Source: Catajapyx aquilonaris (lineage: Eukaryota). Taken from it: DNA of 39,116 nt. Below, one piece after another: positions 12,760 through 25,254 of the stretch (position 1 is its first letter; each line of letters starts with the position of its first letter). The notes under the pieces are model-generated. The model made no database searches. It saw only the letters and a list, made by a program, of their open reading frames with translations, and was not told the origin of the DNA. The stretch spans positions 124,001-163,116 of the forward strand of contig KZ537997.1 of NCBI GenBank assembly GCA_000934665.2, read 5' to 3'. The translations under genes were made by a program, and so were the position numbers.

Positions 12760-13587
12760 GTTAATGCCACATCACTCTTTTGACCTCACTGACCTGGTCC
12801 GACAACCTCCTTCCAAGGATCCTCCTGCAAGACTGGCTCTCCTACCCTCTCTTACCTGTTGCGCTGCTCACAGCAGCCTTCGAGAAGCCAATCCTGGTAG
12901 AGCTTTGCCTGTTCTGTCCAATGGAACGGACATTCTGGTTGGCTGCCTGCTTGCAACTCATCCCCCCCTACCTCACCTCCCACACCTACCTACCTGTCTC
13001 CCACCCACCCACTCTTCCTCCATCCCCCAGCACACCTGTACAGGTGGCAGTGACCGGTTGCACGGCGTCGTTGCCGAGGTGACCTCATCATCCTCCATCT
13101 CTTTGGCGAATGTTAGTTTCCACTTTTATGCCCACTCCTATCTACGCATTTTCGACCCGTTAGATTCCACGCACCACCTTACTAATCTAGGTTTACAAAA
13201 GAAATCTAGCGCACTTTTTTTTTGTCATGGTAATGTTTATGTAATATTTGGGATATGATCCACATAGCGTGACACACTTTGCTGCACTTGTGATTGAAGG
13301 TGGTGTGTGGAATAGGTAATCAGCGTTGGTTATAAATAGGATGGACATTCCTAGATGGACGATTGATGACAGTATTACCACTAGCCTACCGCTAGTTACC
13401 ACTCTCAGATTGCCACAATTCCTAGCTTGCCTAGAGGAGTGCGTAATATTCAGAAGATGAAAAAAACCACTCTGGGTTGTGATTATACACAAATATTTCC
13501 AGGTATCGTATTTAACACTGCTATTTAAAGTACTACCGTACAAATATATGTGTGAATATCCATACACCGTGATTCATATATAGTGAC

Positions 13588-14136
13588 CATGGGCGCCCGC
13601 AGGAAATTTATTGGGGGGGGGGGGGCAAGTTCCCGGTTTAGGTTTAGGTTTTATTGAGAAGAAGCCAAAGCCACTGTGGCTATCTGGCTATAAGAAGAAG
13701 CAAAGGTGGGACAGATGGAGAGAGAAACGATGAGGAAAAAGAAGAGAGGAAAGACTGGCATTTCTCTTAGTTTGTCTCCTATCCCAAAGACCAGTCCGGC
13801 TTGGGTGGCCCTACCAGTAGACGAAGCTACCGCCGGCATAGCTCTTGGGGTCACGGGAGAAACGAAAACCCCACCACCACGATAAGGTGGAGACACCATC
13901 GGGGGGGCAAAGTCCCGGCCGGTCACCGTTTCTTCTATTGCGGTTTTCTCAAGGTTTTCTGGCCTTTGCTTGCAGTGGAGTACCGAGAGGATTTGGTACC
14001 CAGGGTGACGGAGAAGAGACGCACCCCCCCCCCCCCCCCNNNNNNNNNNNNNNNNNNNNNNNNNNNNNNNNNNNNNNNNNNNNNNNNNNNNNNNNNNNNN
14101 NNNNNNNNNNNNNNNNNNNNNGGGGGCTTGCCCATG
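13588..14136. mobile_element. Probable non-autonomous element with CATGGGC termini and poly-G/poly-C subterminal tracts (spans an assembly gap)
   Basis: Starts CATGGGCGCCCGCAGG followed by a G run and ends C run, N gap, GGGCTTGCCCATG. GGGGGCAA(A)GT(T)CCCGG is repeated internally. No clear TSD. Confidence 0.4.
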
Positions 14137-14463
14137 TATCTCTATACTGACCATACGGTAGTTATTAGCATGATTACGGCACGAGTGGCAAGTGGCGCCA
14201 ACACTCCTCCAGCTGGCAACCCCCTTTCCTTCCCCTCTTTTCCCCTCCTCCTTCTTGACCTGGCAACGTCCGTCCCCACCATCATCGGTGGTGATTTATT
14301 TTCCTAATGGCGGCCATGATGGCGGTCTGAAGGGACACGTCGGACTGATATCACTCGACCCAGCCACCACCCAGGGCACGGACCCGGACCCATCCAATAC
14401 GGGAGCTAAGGAGCGTCGGAACTAAGTCGTACTTGCACTCGGAGTCTCAGCAGGAGCTATAAT

Positions 14464-17400
14464 ATGGCTAAGCTAGTTGATGTGTTCGGGAAGGACAGCC
14501 TGCCCAGGCTGGAGAAGCGACAGATGCCATTGCAGATCGACGACGACATTACGGTAATGTATGGGGCTCGTGGAGGGCACAGGGGAAGGGCATGACACAA
14601 TAGAGATGTCCGACTGGTGCTTGCCGTGATGATGCGGTGGGGAAGTGGATGCATATTGGGACGCATGTGTGGTTGGGCGCTTGGTACTCTGAAATGTAGA
14701 TTGCACCTTAGGTAGTTGCGCGTAGCTTGCAAGGAGAGGTGTAAGTAGAGTCAGTGACACGTTACGGTGAATGGATGGCCGCGCCACACCCATGTCGTGG
14801 CAGTTCTGGAGGGGTAGACAACCAATGAGCGAGTGTGAGTCGTCTCAGAGTTTTGTTACAGTTTGCAATGCCATGTTTTGTCATTTTATTGTTTGATTCC
14901 GACCTTGTGTTTCAATAGGAAACTGGAAGCCTAGATATTGAGCCACCCCAGGCCTGGAAATGTAGAATCAAAATGGAGATAAACGTGCTCTCAATATTTG
15001 ATTTAACGTGTCTTGCATTGTGGTGGTATCGTTGTGAAAACTACATGACTGCAGTCCAGTAAAAGGCATTGCAGTGTCATTTTTAGCATTAACCCTTAGA
15101 CGCCATTATATCTTAGAAGGTGCATGTCGCAGAATGGAAACATGTGAAATGTTACTCAGATAAGCAGTGAATGGTTCAATGATAGTGGTTGTCTGAAGAA
15201 TTTGCTCAACTTGCAGAGACTTAGGGGAAATTACGAGAAATGTAGGATAGGAACAAACGTTATTTCAACTTTAGCATGATGTATTGTTTCATGTTCATTT
15301 GCCATTCTTGGAAGGCTGTTCTCTGCCTCTCTGCCATGAGTCATCCTGTTCAGCATGGGGTGGCTCATTGACAAGCAAAATATTGCTTCCCCAGAGTGGC
15401 CAGCCATAAAAGTGAATGAGGTATTTTTGAGAGGAAGGTACTATTGGCGTAGAAATAGTATGGACACTTGTTAATGGTCAGCTTATCCCCTATTGTCCAT
15501 ACAATTTCTGCACCAATGGTACATTTGGTGGCCATACCTATGCTTTTTGCTGGGGTAGAAACAGTTGAAAATGGCGGGCTGTGTGGCCACCAGAGGTTGG
15601 GTACAGATCTGCATGCTTGAGGGCTGTCACTACCATCTTCCATCACCTGAGCTATCCTGGCACTAACAGCAGGGTATTAAATGTATTTGCAGATGGTGAT
15701 GAAAGTGAATTCAACCTACCTCTGTGCAGAGGGTGTGACTCCATCTGGAAAGGACATGGAAGAATTCACCTGCAAGTACAACTCCCTCTCACGCGAGGAG
15801 CTAAACTCTGCCTTGGCTGTCAGCAACAAAGATCTGCTCGCACTGGTAGGGGAAGGGGTTGCATGTGTAGGCTGCCGGCGTAGTGTGGAGAAGTTGTATC
15901 GACAGATGGTGGAAGGTGGACACCCAGCACTCGACCCCTTAGTTGTGACCCAAGCCCAGGATGGACTTGGAGTGACTCGTGCCACGCAGCAATCTGCCAA
16001 AGGGCTTCTGGCCCTCTTCCAGATGCACACTCACAGGTGGTCTACAATAGTGGAGTCCCTGCCAAGATCAGGCAACAAAAAGCACAGGCGCTGTGCTCTG
16101 CACTCACTTGATTCCCAGAGAGCCAAGCCTGCAGGGAACTGGATATCCACTTGGGAGTGCCTGGACCAGCGATGCCAGGAACAGGTTGTTCTAGTGCGAT
16201 CCCAGACCTTGCTGGATACCCTGGATGGGTACCTCAAGAAGCATCGATTTTGTGCTGAGTGCCGCTCCAAGGTAAGGTTCAGTCTGGATAGCCCAGATTT
16301 GTAGCCTAGTACAGCAGATGCAGTGTTAAACCAGTGTTCCACATCTGAAGGATCTCATGAAACTGAGGTAAAGGCTTATTAGTCTGATAGAGCAAAGTAC
16401 TAGGCTGCAAATGTTGTTCAGGAAACTGAAGTGTATGGCTTCAACTAACTTGTTTGCTTGATTTTTAAGGTGATGCGTGCCTACAATCTGCTGGTTGGAG
16501 AGGTGGATGTTTCACGTGAGAAGGGTTACGTCGCTTCACTGTATTCCAAGATTCGTCATTGCCGTCAACAGCGACATCTGCATGTAGGTGGAGGGACTGA
16601 ACAGGTGCAGCGCCTCATTACAAAAGCACTCCCTGAGTTGATAGGGTCCCGCAGAGAGCGACATGCCAAGAGCATTGAAGTGGCACAAGAAGAGGTGCTG
16701 ACTTGTCTTGGCTTAGTACTCTTGGAACGCTTGCATCGTGTGCAGCAGCGGTTGCGTGAGGCAGAGAAAGCATGGGAGACCCTTTTTAGTGCAGGGGTGG
16801 TTGGCATTAAAAGAGGGTTTGAAACAGCTGTGGAGGCCAAAAGAGGTGTTAGCCGACTGGAGCTGCTATGCCAAGAGATCATGCGTGAAGAAGAGGTGGC
16901 TGAAATGAAGAGGCAGCAGAGGCGACAGAAGCGGCGCAAGAAGAAGGAGCGCAAGGGTGGGGCAGCCAAGGAGGAAGAGGAGGTGGAAGAAGAGGAGGAA
17001 GAAGCAGAGGAGGAGGCAGAAGAAGGGGAAGCGGAGGAAGAGGAGACAGTGGTTGAAGAGGAGGTGGAGAAGGAAGGCGAGTGCTGGTGCAGCGCAGGGG
17101 CCAAGGGGGGAGCAAAAGGTGGAGTTGGAAAGAGAGGAGGGAAGGGTGGTGGCAGCAGCAGCAGCGGTGGCGGCGGCGGCAGTGGTGGTGGTGGTGGTGG
17201 AGGAGGAGGAGGAGGGAGGGTGGGTGTGGGGCAGCAAAGCAAAGTGAACCAGTTGCGTCCACCATTGCCCTTGCATCATTCACACCGGAGTGAGTGCACA
17301 CCGGACTGTGGGTATTCTTCTGGGAATACCAGCAGGAGTGGGAGTAGCAACAGCAGTGGGTCATGCAACAGTCCAGTGTCATCGCCAGATGGGTCAGAGG

Positions 17401-18941
17401 TTGCTTGTTCAGAAGGGTGCTGCAACCATGAAGGTTTGTTGCTTATTTTGACAGAACCTAGTGCAGCACTATACTGGGCATGCTGCATGGGAAAGGTTCC
17501 CAATCTTTGGGTTATGATCCAAAAGACAGTCACTCAGAATGTGGCATGGGGTTTCCCTTGCCCTTCGTCACCCCTGGGTACCGTGGAGCAGGGGGCTCCT
17601 TCTTTGCTCCATGATGATTGTCTTTCAGCTCACATGCTCTCTTTATGCCTCTTTAGCCGGGCGGGCACGTCACAGTGGAAACCTAATGTTTTCTGTTGAA
17701 TCAAGTTGGCATCCTGGGCTTGTGCATCCATGTTTGCCTTTGTTATGAAAACCTGTAACCTGAGTTAAAGGGTTTTTCTCCAAATTATCTCCTAACCTGG
17801 TTTGTTGTGTGCAAAAGACTTTGGTCTCACTTGCTTCAGTTACTCGTGATGTCATTAGTCACTGGCTCCACACGGGCAGTATGGCAAACAGATGAAAGTG
17901 GGAATGTTTCAACAGTGAATCAAGTCATTACAAGGGTATTTCAGATGTCTGGAAAGGTCACTGCCTCAGTCCAACTTTGGAGTGATGCAGTGACCCCTGA
18001 TTTCTTGTAGTGCATAAGCAATATTGTCATGTCCAAGCAAAGCCTCCATTGCTGATGTGAGGTTACTCGTGAAGTCACATGCATCCATGTGTTTCAACCA
18101 GTTTTAAATTTTGAGGATTCATACCGTCCATTCGAAGTGTCAGAATTTTTTGGGATTTTATTGGCATGGTTTTTGAAGGTCATGTTATGTTTCAAAAGTA
18201 TAATTGAAGTTTTAAATATTTGAGACAGAGTGCATGGGATTTTCACTGATACATGTCTGAGCTGACTTTTCAAGATGTCAGTATTTGAGCAGCGGCTTTT
18301 GCAATTTCGAAAATAAATTGTAACCTGTAACTAACGATGTTTTACTCTTATTCAGGTGAGTGCCATGTAGACAACAGCAACAGAACGAGCAATGAACATC
18401 CTCCGGATCATCACCATCATCACCATCACTCGAGTGGTTCCAACTCTGGTGGTTATGTACTCAAGTTGCAACAAATGCTTGAGGTCAGTATGATTTTATA
18501 TTGTGGAAGACAAAGCGTCACAATCGGAGAAAACAAACGAGATAGACATGACGAGACACCATGATTTGACCTGATTGTCCAGTCCTTGGTCCAGAGCTTG
18601 CATACATTGACTGCTTATTCACCTAAAACCCACTTTTCACTTTCTGAACCACGTAAAATTTTTTGCTGCTATTCACGTGTGCCTATTTTATCCAGGAGCG
18701 GAATGACTTGTCTGAAGAGGAAGAAGATGGTGAGAGCCTGATTCCAATGGAAGACGTGCAGGAGTTCAAGGCACAGCTGGGTAATGTGAATCAGCAACGG
18801 GAGGAACTGAGGCAGACCCTCAGGCAGAGGTTCGCCCAGCTGTGCACAAATACCTCCTGGAGGATGCCCAATCCAACATCCTCTCCACCACCTGCCCCCA
18901 ATTTTCCCATCACTGCTGTTCCACCCCCAATCCACTTGTAG
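14464..18941 (+). CDS. GGNBP2: Gametogenetin-binding protein 2 (GGNBP2/ZNF403) orthologue, about 668 aa, 5 exons
   Basis: Exons 14464-14553, 15693-16271, 16470-17433, 18356-18483, 18696-18941, all GT-AG with consistent phases 0,0,1,0. Motifs MAKLVDV..RQMPLQIDDDIT|MVM, CVGCRRSVE, RCALHSLD, YLKKHRFCAECRSKV.RAYN, RRERHAKSIEVAQEEVLTCLG, GSEVACSEG and QREELRQTLRQRF match GGNBP2 as recalled. Confidence 0.93.
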
Positions 18942-19953
18942 AGAGGGAATTGTGGGAATGATGGAGGCAACAAGGGAGAAGAAAAGTGGTGAAAATATTG
19001 CTTGTCTTTTGTGTTGTCATGGTAAAGTGAGCGTATGACGGAGCGCATGGGATAAATTGTATATAAATTGTAGTTTTGAGGCACAAGTCCTCCCATGTGT
19101 GCCAACCAAGATTATTCCACTGACGCAAGGCAGAAAAATAAAGTAATAATAATGATCCGGACACGAAGTCTTCCCCCTTCGCCGGCTGAAAAGTTGTTTG
19201 AACCATTCCAGATTAGCGTTTGTGTTTTTTGTTGTCATGCAGAAAAAAAAGCGCGAATTTAAGAAAAAGTTGCGACCAATATGTGCAGAGATCTGATGAA
19301 AGGAAGAGTGGAACGACAATATCAGTGTTTTATTGCAAAACCTTGTTCCCTGAGGATGATATTATTTGTCTTCAAGTTTCATGATTAATTAGGCCCACAG
19401 GTATCGAGTTGTTTGTTCCCTTTAAAATGCTTTGACAGGCAAGAGGTTGATTTTTGTCTCTGCATCAGTATGTATTGGTGTTCATTATTGTGAGTTGGAA
19501 AAATTGACACAATTTCACTTGTCATTGACCATTGCAAATGAGAGCAGTTGGGCATTGTTTTAATTAATTTGTTGTTGTTGTATTGGCTTATGAATGCTGA
19601 CAGAAAAGGTGGGCAGTGTGCCTTCGAAGGTGAGCTGCGATCAATGCGGCAGCCCTGCCATTGGTGACGGGTTGAAAAATAAAGACTTAATTTGGTCAAT
19701 TTTTTATTTTTCTAATCAACCAAATTTTTCTAACCCTTTCAGGATTCAGTTACACCTGGCGCTGAGACTTGTCCACATGTGGTTCTTAGCTTGATTTGTA
19801 AGATACTTGTATGGTGTTACTCTATATGTTGGCTATTTTGGCTTCACTGCCCTGATAGCTATGAAATAACTAAAACAGGGCAACAAACAATGGTATAATT
19901 GGTCAGCATATAATAATAATAGATATCCTGTGATAGGCCCGTTGGGTCTCTTA

Positions 19954-20080
19954 GGGCCGGTTTCACCGAGCTCAGTATATGATAAAACCAGGGTTCTTTC
20001 TCAAAATCTCTATCTATTTGTATGGGATTTTCCTAAAGAAACCTGGTTTTATCATATACCAAGCTCGGTGAAACCGGCCC
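19954..20080. mobile_element. 127-bp PIF/Harbinger-type MITE
   Basis: TIR GGGCCGGTTTCACCGAGCTCAGTATATGATAAAACCAGG versus CCTGGTTTTATCATATACCAAGCTCGGTGAAACCGGCCC. 3-bp TTA duplication at 19951-19953 and 20081-20083. Confidence 0.9.
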
Positions 20081-20971
20081 TTAGGGGATCATCTTTTGAA
20101 TAACAGATGGTTACATCTACAATAGTTCATGCATTCTCCCTAGTTGGCCATATTCTATTTACCGAGGTTGCAGTAAATAGGTAAAGAAGTTACGCATCAC
20201 TCTCAGTTGACATGCATGACCGATCCACACCACCTGCAACAGAGTCGTGCGTTTATGTGCTCACGCTAAATAATCTAGTAATATTATCTAACGCATTCTT
20301 GTACTAAAGCCAAGTTGTCTTATGACAGTAGGACAATGCAAAGCATGGAAAAATAACTCAAGTTGCTCTTCAGGTACCGCCTAGTTATTAATTTATCATG
20401 GCAGTTAGACTCCCATTATGCACAGGTTACGGTCCAAGATTCCAAGATTTATCCTGACTCTTCAGGACAAACCTCACGCCTCTCCTGCATTCGGCTTGCC
20501 TAACCGCCAGGATACATTTGCAGTCCGCAAATCTCCAAGCCTATTGGTGCTCAACAATTGTCACCTTTTTAAAATTCTGATGATTGGATAGGACCATGCC
20601 ATTTTTTTTTTTTATAGACAGAAACCGGCTGTAATAGCGAAAAAAAACCGCGCAAAAATAGCTTCCGTCCAATCTATACGGTAACGGTATCTCCGCGCAA
20701 ACGCGACACAACCACTTAGGCTACTTAGGCCTGGAGTCGTGCAAAGCCTGGGGGATTGGACTGTCCTCATTCCATTGATAAACGTCGCTCGTTGCACAGT
20801 ACGTATCTCTCTCCTACATTTTGATCCATCTTGAACCATATGTATAGTTGAAGGCATGTAATATTCAAAGGTGTCATTACGTCACTTTTACGTAGACAGC
20901 GATTGCGACAGGAGCGGGGGCAGGTTGAAGAAGGACAAAAAAAAACGCCGGCGATAGATACAGTTGGCGGG

Positions 20972-21014
20972 GGCGCTGTGCAGGCGCCCGAAGAAGCAGC
21001 AACCACGATCGAAG
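20972..21014 (+). promoter_or_regulatory. Shared paralogue promoter element upstream of gene A
   Basis: GGCGCT-GTGCA-GGCGCC, then GATCGAAG after 18 nt; ends 27 nt before the ATG. Confidence 0.55.
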
Positions 21015-21041
21015 ATCCGGGTGACCTTCGTCAGACAATAC

Positions 21042-22155
21042 ATGGAGAATAACAACAAGGCTCCGGCGGATTCGACATGTTGCTGTTGCATCAGTCTCAG
21101 GAAAGGAGTCATCTTCATCTCATTAGTGGAAATTGTGAGTTTCACTTTACTGGTACTATATTGATGTGTTATGTGACATTAGTAACGCGCTTGTTGTTCC
21201 AACCCATCAGAATCGATTGGAGTGATCGATGACAATCTAATAATATCTCATGAAAGGGTAATTACGCGCATGAGAAAACCCCGATTCACGTCATACTGTG
21301 CTCGATTGAGGTGTCAAACAGAATTCATCAAATTCAATATTAAAGGGTAGTTTAATAAAAAATTGTTCGTCAGAAGTAATGGCAGGATAATTTGCAGTTT
21401 GCTGTGATCTACCTGATGGCGACGTTCTCCGAAGCAGTTGACCCCATAAAAGCACTGTTGATAGGAACTGAGGTCACCACACAAGCTCCAACTACAACCA
21501 CACCAGCCCCTGCAAAGAAGCTTGAAAACACATCGGAAGGCAAACGTGGTACCACAACAAAGCCAAAGTCTAAACGTCCTCCCGAACGTAAATATTAAAA
21601 TTATGCACATAATTTATTTACTTCATCATAATATTGACAACTCTGTTTCTAGCGGTATCACGGACTGAACAGTCAGTTACTATCATCATGTACATCGCCA
21701 GTATTTGCTCCAATGTTTTTTACTTCGCCGGAGTCATGAAGGTACGTCCTTGCGTACACTGTAGCCAAAAACACACTAATTACGACTGGTTTCAGAATGT
21801 GCCTCCTTTCATGGAGCCAGCCGTTGGCATGCATGTGGTTGGCATAATATTCTACACAGTCAAGAGGTTAATGTCGTTTTCGTCGGCGAACCAGCCGTCA
21901 ACGTACGACAATGTGGTATGGGGAAGTGGCATTGTAACCGCGATATATGTCACCTTCTCGTTGCGTTGTTACTACCGAGAGATGGCCCTGGCCAAACAGG
22001 CAAGGGACGCTGAAGAGGCCGCTGCTGCGGCATCGGCGGTGCCAGATGGTCAGAGTTCACAGGCAACGGAGAGTCGTTCCAGCTCCAGGCAACATCTCCA
22101 GCCGTCCAGGGTTTCGCATGCTCCATACAAATCCACTAGTCCGGTTCCATCCTAA
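21042..22155 (+). CDS. LAPTM/DUF4728-like four-transmembrane protein, paralogue A (about 243 aa)
   Basis: Exons 21042-21134, 21398-21587, 21653-21741, 21796-22155 (phases 0,1,0). N-terminal TCCCCISLRKGVIFI motif, FYFAGVMK at the end of TM2 and YVTFSLRCYY at the end of TM4. The exon 2 acceptor could alternatively be 21386. Confidence 0.8.
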
Positions 22156-24975
22156 TGTGTATGCGGTACAGAGGTTGCCTTCAACAAGTTGCGATATCTG
22201 GCAACAGGGCAGCACCGTTGGAATGAAAAATTTTTAAATGCAAATATTACATTTTTACACGCCTTTCAGTGACCTTGAATAGAAAGAAGTCAATTTGGAG
22301 TGCTTACTGCGTTATTTGGAACTATTGAAGCAATTTGATGTGGTGGTTTCCTGTGATATGGTCACGATAGCTGCAGTTTCTAAGTTTGTAATTGTGAAAA
22401 ACTACTTCTATTTCACTATTGATCTTGGTGAATTGTAATTCCTGCCTGTCGAATAATTTGACAGATTTGTTGATGGTTTGCAAAATTAAGTTCAACGTTA
22501 TCGAAATTCATCCATGATGGTATAATGCTAATTGATTCATTTTTTAAAAATAAGCAAATAACTCATTCCAATATTGCTGCCCAGTCCAGGCCAGATAGGA
22601 ACGGAAAATACTAGTATCAATAGAAACGAAATATTGTGCATTTGGATTGAAAATGTTATTACATAAGCGACAAAATGTGGAAAGAAAGATTTAGCGTGAT
22701 AATTGGACTCGCTATAATCTGTCTTCGTCACACATTTTACGATTATGTAATAGTGTTACAATTCCACTGTTAGTCATTCACGCCGGCTTTGTGTGTTACA
22801 GAATAATATTGTGGCAGCAACTGCGACATTCCAGTTTTTGTCTTTCACAGACTGCTTCCAGGTGTAAGTGTTACATAGAAGCCGGAGAATACAAGTAGTT
22901 TCTTTTGCGGACAATAGATTTTTATGTTCAGAGTATAGGTTGACATAGGTTAGATTGGTATAAAAAAATAGGTTCACGAGTTAGCTCTGTGTTCACGAGA
23001 GGAACTGCATTATAGTTTGCAAGATGGCTCACTCCTTAGGTTAAGTTAGGTTTAAGGGTGTTGATCACCAAAGTTCAGTATTATAGTCTGCAATCATGGT
23101 GGCTCAGACCTTAGGTTAAGTGATTGGATATATTTTCACACTAATTCAGTCAACTTTGTAACACCTTAAAACTGCCAAAAACCAAGTAGACTGAGTGATA
23201 TACTTGTAATATAATGGCGAAATCTCAACAGCACACTTGATAGTAGTCATCACTAGTGTCTGATCGAAACAAACGACAGTGACAGCAGCATACAATCAGC
23301 AATTAACAGAATTTCTAAACATATCGCTAAAATCAGAAAAAGTGGCATATGTATCCTAAACACTGCCAAAAATATTAATATTAATTCATAATCACTCAGT
23401 CTCTTGAGGTGCACTCAGAACTGCATAGTTCTTCCCGTTTTAAGATTTGAAGTGAAAATACCTGAATTGGTTTGAAAAGACACATACAGATTAGTTAGGG
23501 TTAGCAGCCTCGTAAGTATTAAAGCGGACCTGTTATGGCTGGGATGTGAAGTAATATTTAGCTCATGGAAATCAAACAGTTTACGTGCCATAATGCTTCC
23601 AAATACAAGCATGATGTCAAAAATAAAATCAATAGCTATTTTCAAATTGGATGCATACTATTTTGGATACTGGTCTGATTTGCACCTTATGAAGGAATGG
23701 ATATCCAATAAGTAAATCACACTCACTTGTTACCGCCTATCCTGGCGCATGTTGCACGTTGTGTTAAGGTTTAAAAGTGCTGCAAATACGGTGTTTATGC
23801 ACATGTTGTATATTATCTATGTACAGTGCATTTGGTTATAACTGTTGTATCTGGAAAAGTGAAGGGCAATGAGTGAAGCCCATTGCAATTTGAGTGTTGT
23901 ACAGTTGGAAGACTGAGGACATCGCATTTGACGTGCTGTTGTTTTTTTACTTCCGAGTTAATGTGTAGACTGATTATACAATGTTATTTTTATAGTTATA
24001 AAATCAGTGTCTTAATATATACATCTTCTCAGATGTAGGTGCAGTTTTGTACCTGCATTGAAGAATGGCTTCTGTTAAAAAATTGTGAATTTTATTTCTA
24101 TTGCCTTCACCTTTTTGTTGGTATAGTACTGTACATTATAGGCACTACAATATACAGGTGGGAAGAAAAGTTGCAACAAATCGAGACTGTTGAGGAGTTT
24201 AGAATATTTAATTAAACTTTAAAGTATAATATGAACCATGTTCCTCCTGTTCACATACCTATGTTAAAGCACTACTGTATGTATACAAGGCTGGATTAAT
24301 ATAAGTTGTGTTCGCAAAAGAAACTATAGCCGCGCGTTAGTCACGTACAGGGTAGCAATTAAGTACGCGCCAAATCAATACCCTATGAACGCAACGGCAT
24401 TGTTAGATTCGTTAAAAAGTTCTGATAACGTGAGTTAGAGTAACCCTCAGGTGTCAATAAATCCATTAGTGAACAACAAAAAAAAAAACAATACAATAAC
24501 GGACTATTCCGATAGCGCCATTGGAAACGAGGCTCCACTCTTCAGGGTATACCTTGATGCTCATTGTTGTCTCTGCCTGGAATTTAATTTTTTGGGCATG
24601 TTCAAGTGAGACAAATTTAGGCGCCAAAACGCCAATTGTTTGCGTGGGCAATTTTGTCGTCACTTTGAGTTATTTTAGGCAACAACTTTGCCCATGAAAA
24701 GTGAGAATTTTTAAAACATTTTAGTACCTGATAGACTAGGCTAGACATTTCTAGTCATTTCAGTTGTCGTTTCGAAAAATTCAAAAATAGGTGCTTGTAA
24801 AATAAATGTATTTTACAACATATTGAAGTTTTTGTTTAACCTAACGTGTAGCGTTTGTGAAGTTGAGTAGTATATACTGTTCAAGATTGGCTGAAATAAA
24901 ATTGTCAAGTTTAAGTGCTGATGATGTAATTTGATTTTTTAAAAACATATGGTTTGATATGGCTGTCCAGCCAAT

Positions 24976-25186
24976 TACCGGCATTTGTCCCATTAGGAAT
25001 AAATTTGTCCATGTCCATGGCGGCATGGGCAGGGACAAATTTTCTAATGGGACAAATGCCGGTATGGCAACAAAACATTTGTCTTCTAGTAACACTCGGG
25101 GAGCCCGGGGCGAGTGTTAGTAGAAGATAAATGTTGTGTGGGGAATACCGGCATTTGTCCCATGAGAAATTTGTCCCTGCCCATGC
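24976..25186. repeat. Compound foldback repeat (three alternating copies of a ~45-bp arm plus an inner stem)
   Basis: TACCGGCATTTGTCCCAT...AAATTTGTCC.TG.CCATG at 24976-25020 and 25146-25186, with its reverse complement at 25023-25064. Inner stem AACATTTGTCTTCTAGTAACACTCG / CGAGTGTTAGTAGAAGATAAATGTT. Confidence 0.85.
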
Positions 25187-25254
25187 GGGGTCGCAGATTA
25201 CTTGACTATCATATAGAAGGGGGTCGCGACCCGAAAAAGGTTGAGGAACCACAG
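25187..25254. mobile_element. Terminal remnant of a hAT (Charlie/Buster-like) element
   Basis: GGGGTCGCGACCCGAAAAAGGTTGAGGAACCACAG is the reverse complement of a CAGTGGTTC.CAACCTTTT..GGGTCGCGACCC-type hAT end. The partner end was not found. Confidence 0.6.

Noticed and set aside
10764..13258. Many overlapping 60-170 aa ORFs around the PTB gene
   Set aside because: Alternative-frame or antisense shadows of GC-rich coding and leader sequence, with no recognisable domains.
13636..13652. TTTAGG repeats here and TTAGG-like units near 23036-23120 as telomeric sequence
   Set aside because: Only two or three degenerate units; more likely parts of interspersed repeats.
13651..14307. ORFs spanning the N gap
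   Set aside because: Artefacts of translating through Ns within a probable repeat.
16565..17382. Long Pro/Ser/Leu-rich minus-strand ORFs
   Set aside because: Antisense shadows of the GGNBP2 triplet-repeat region.
17434..17699. Continuation of the 413-aa ORF beyond CCNHEG
   Set aside because: A GT donor at 17434 splices in phase to the exon at 18356, which leads to the conserved GGNBP2 C-terminus. The read-through is most likely intron.
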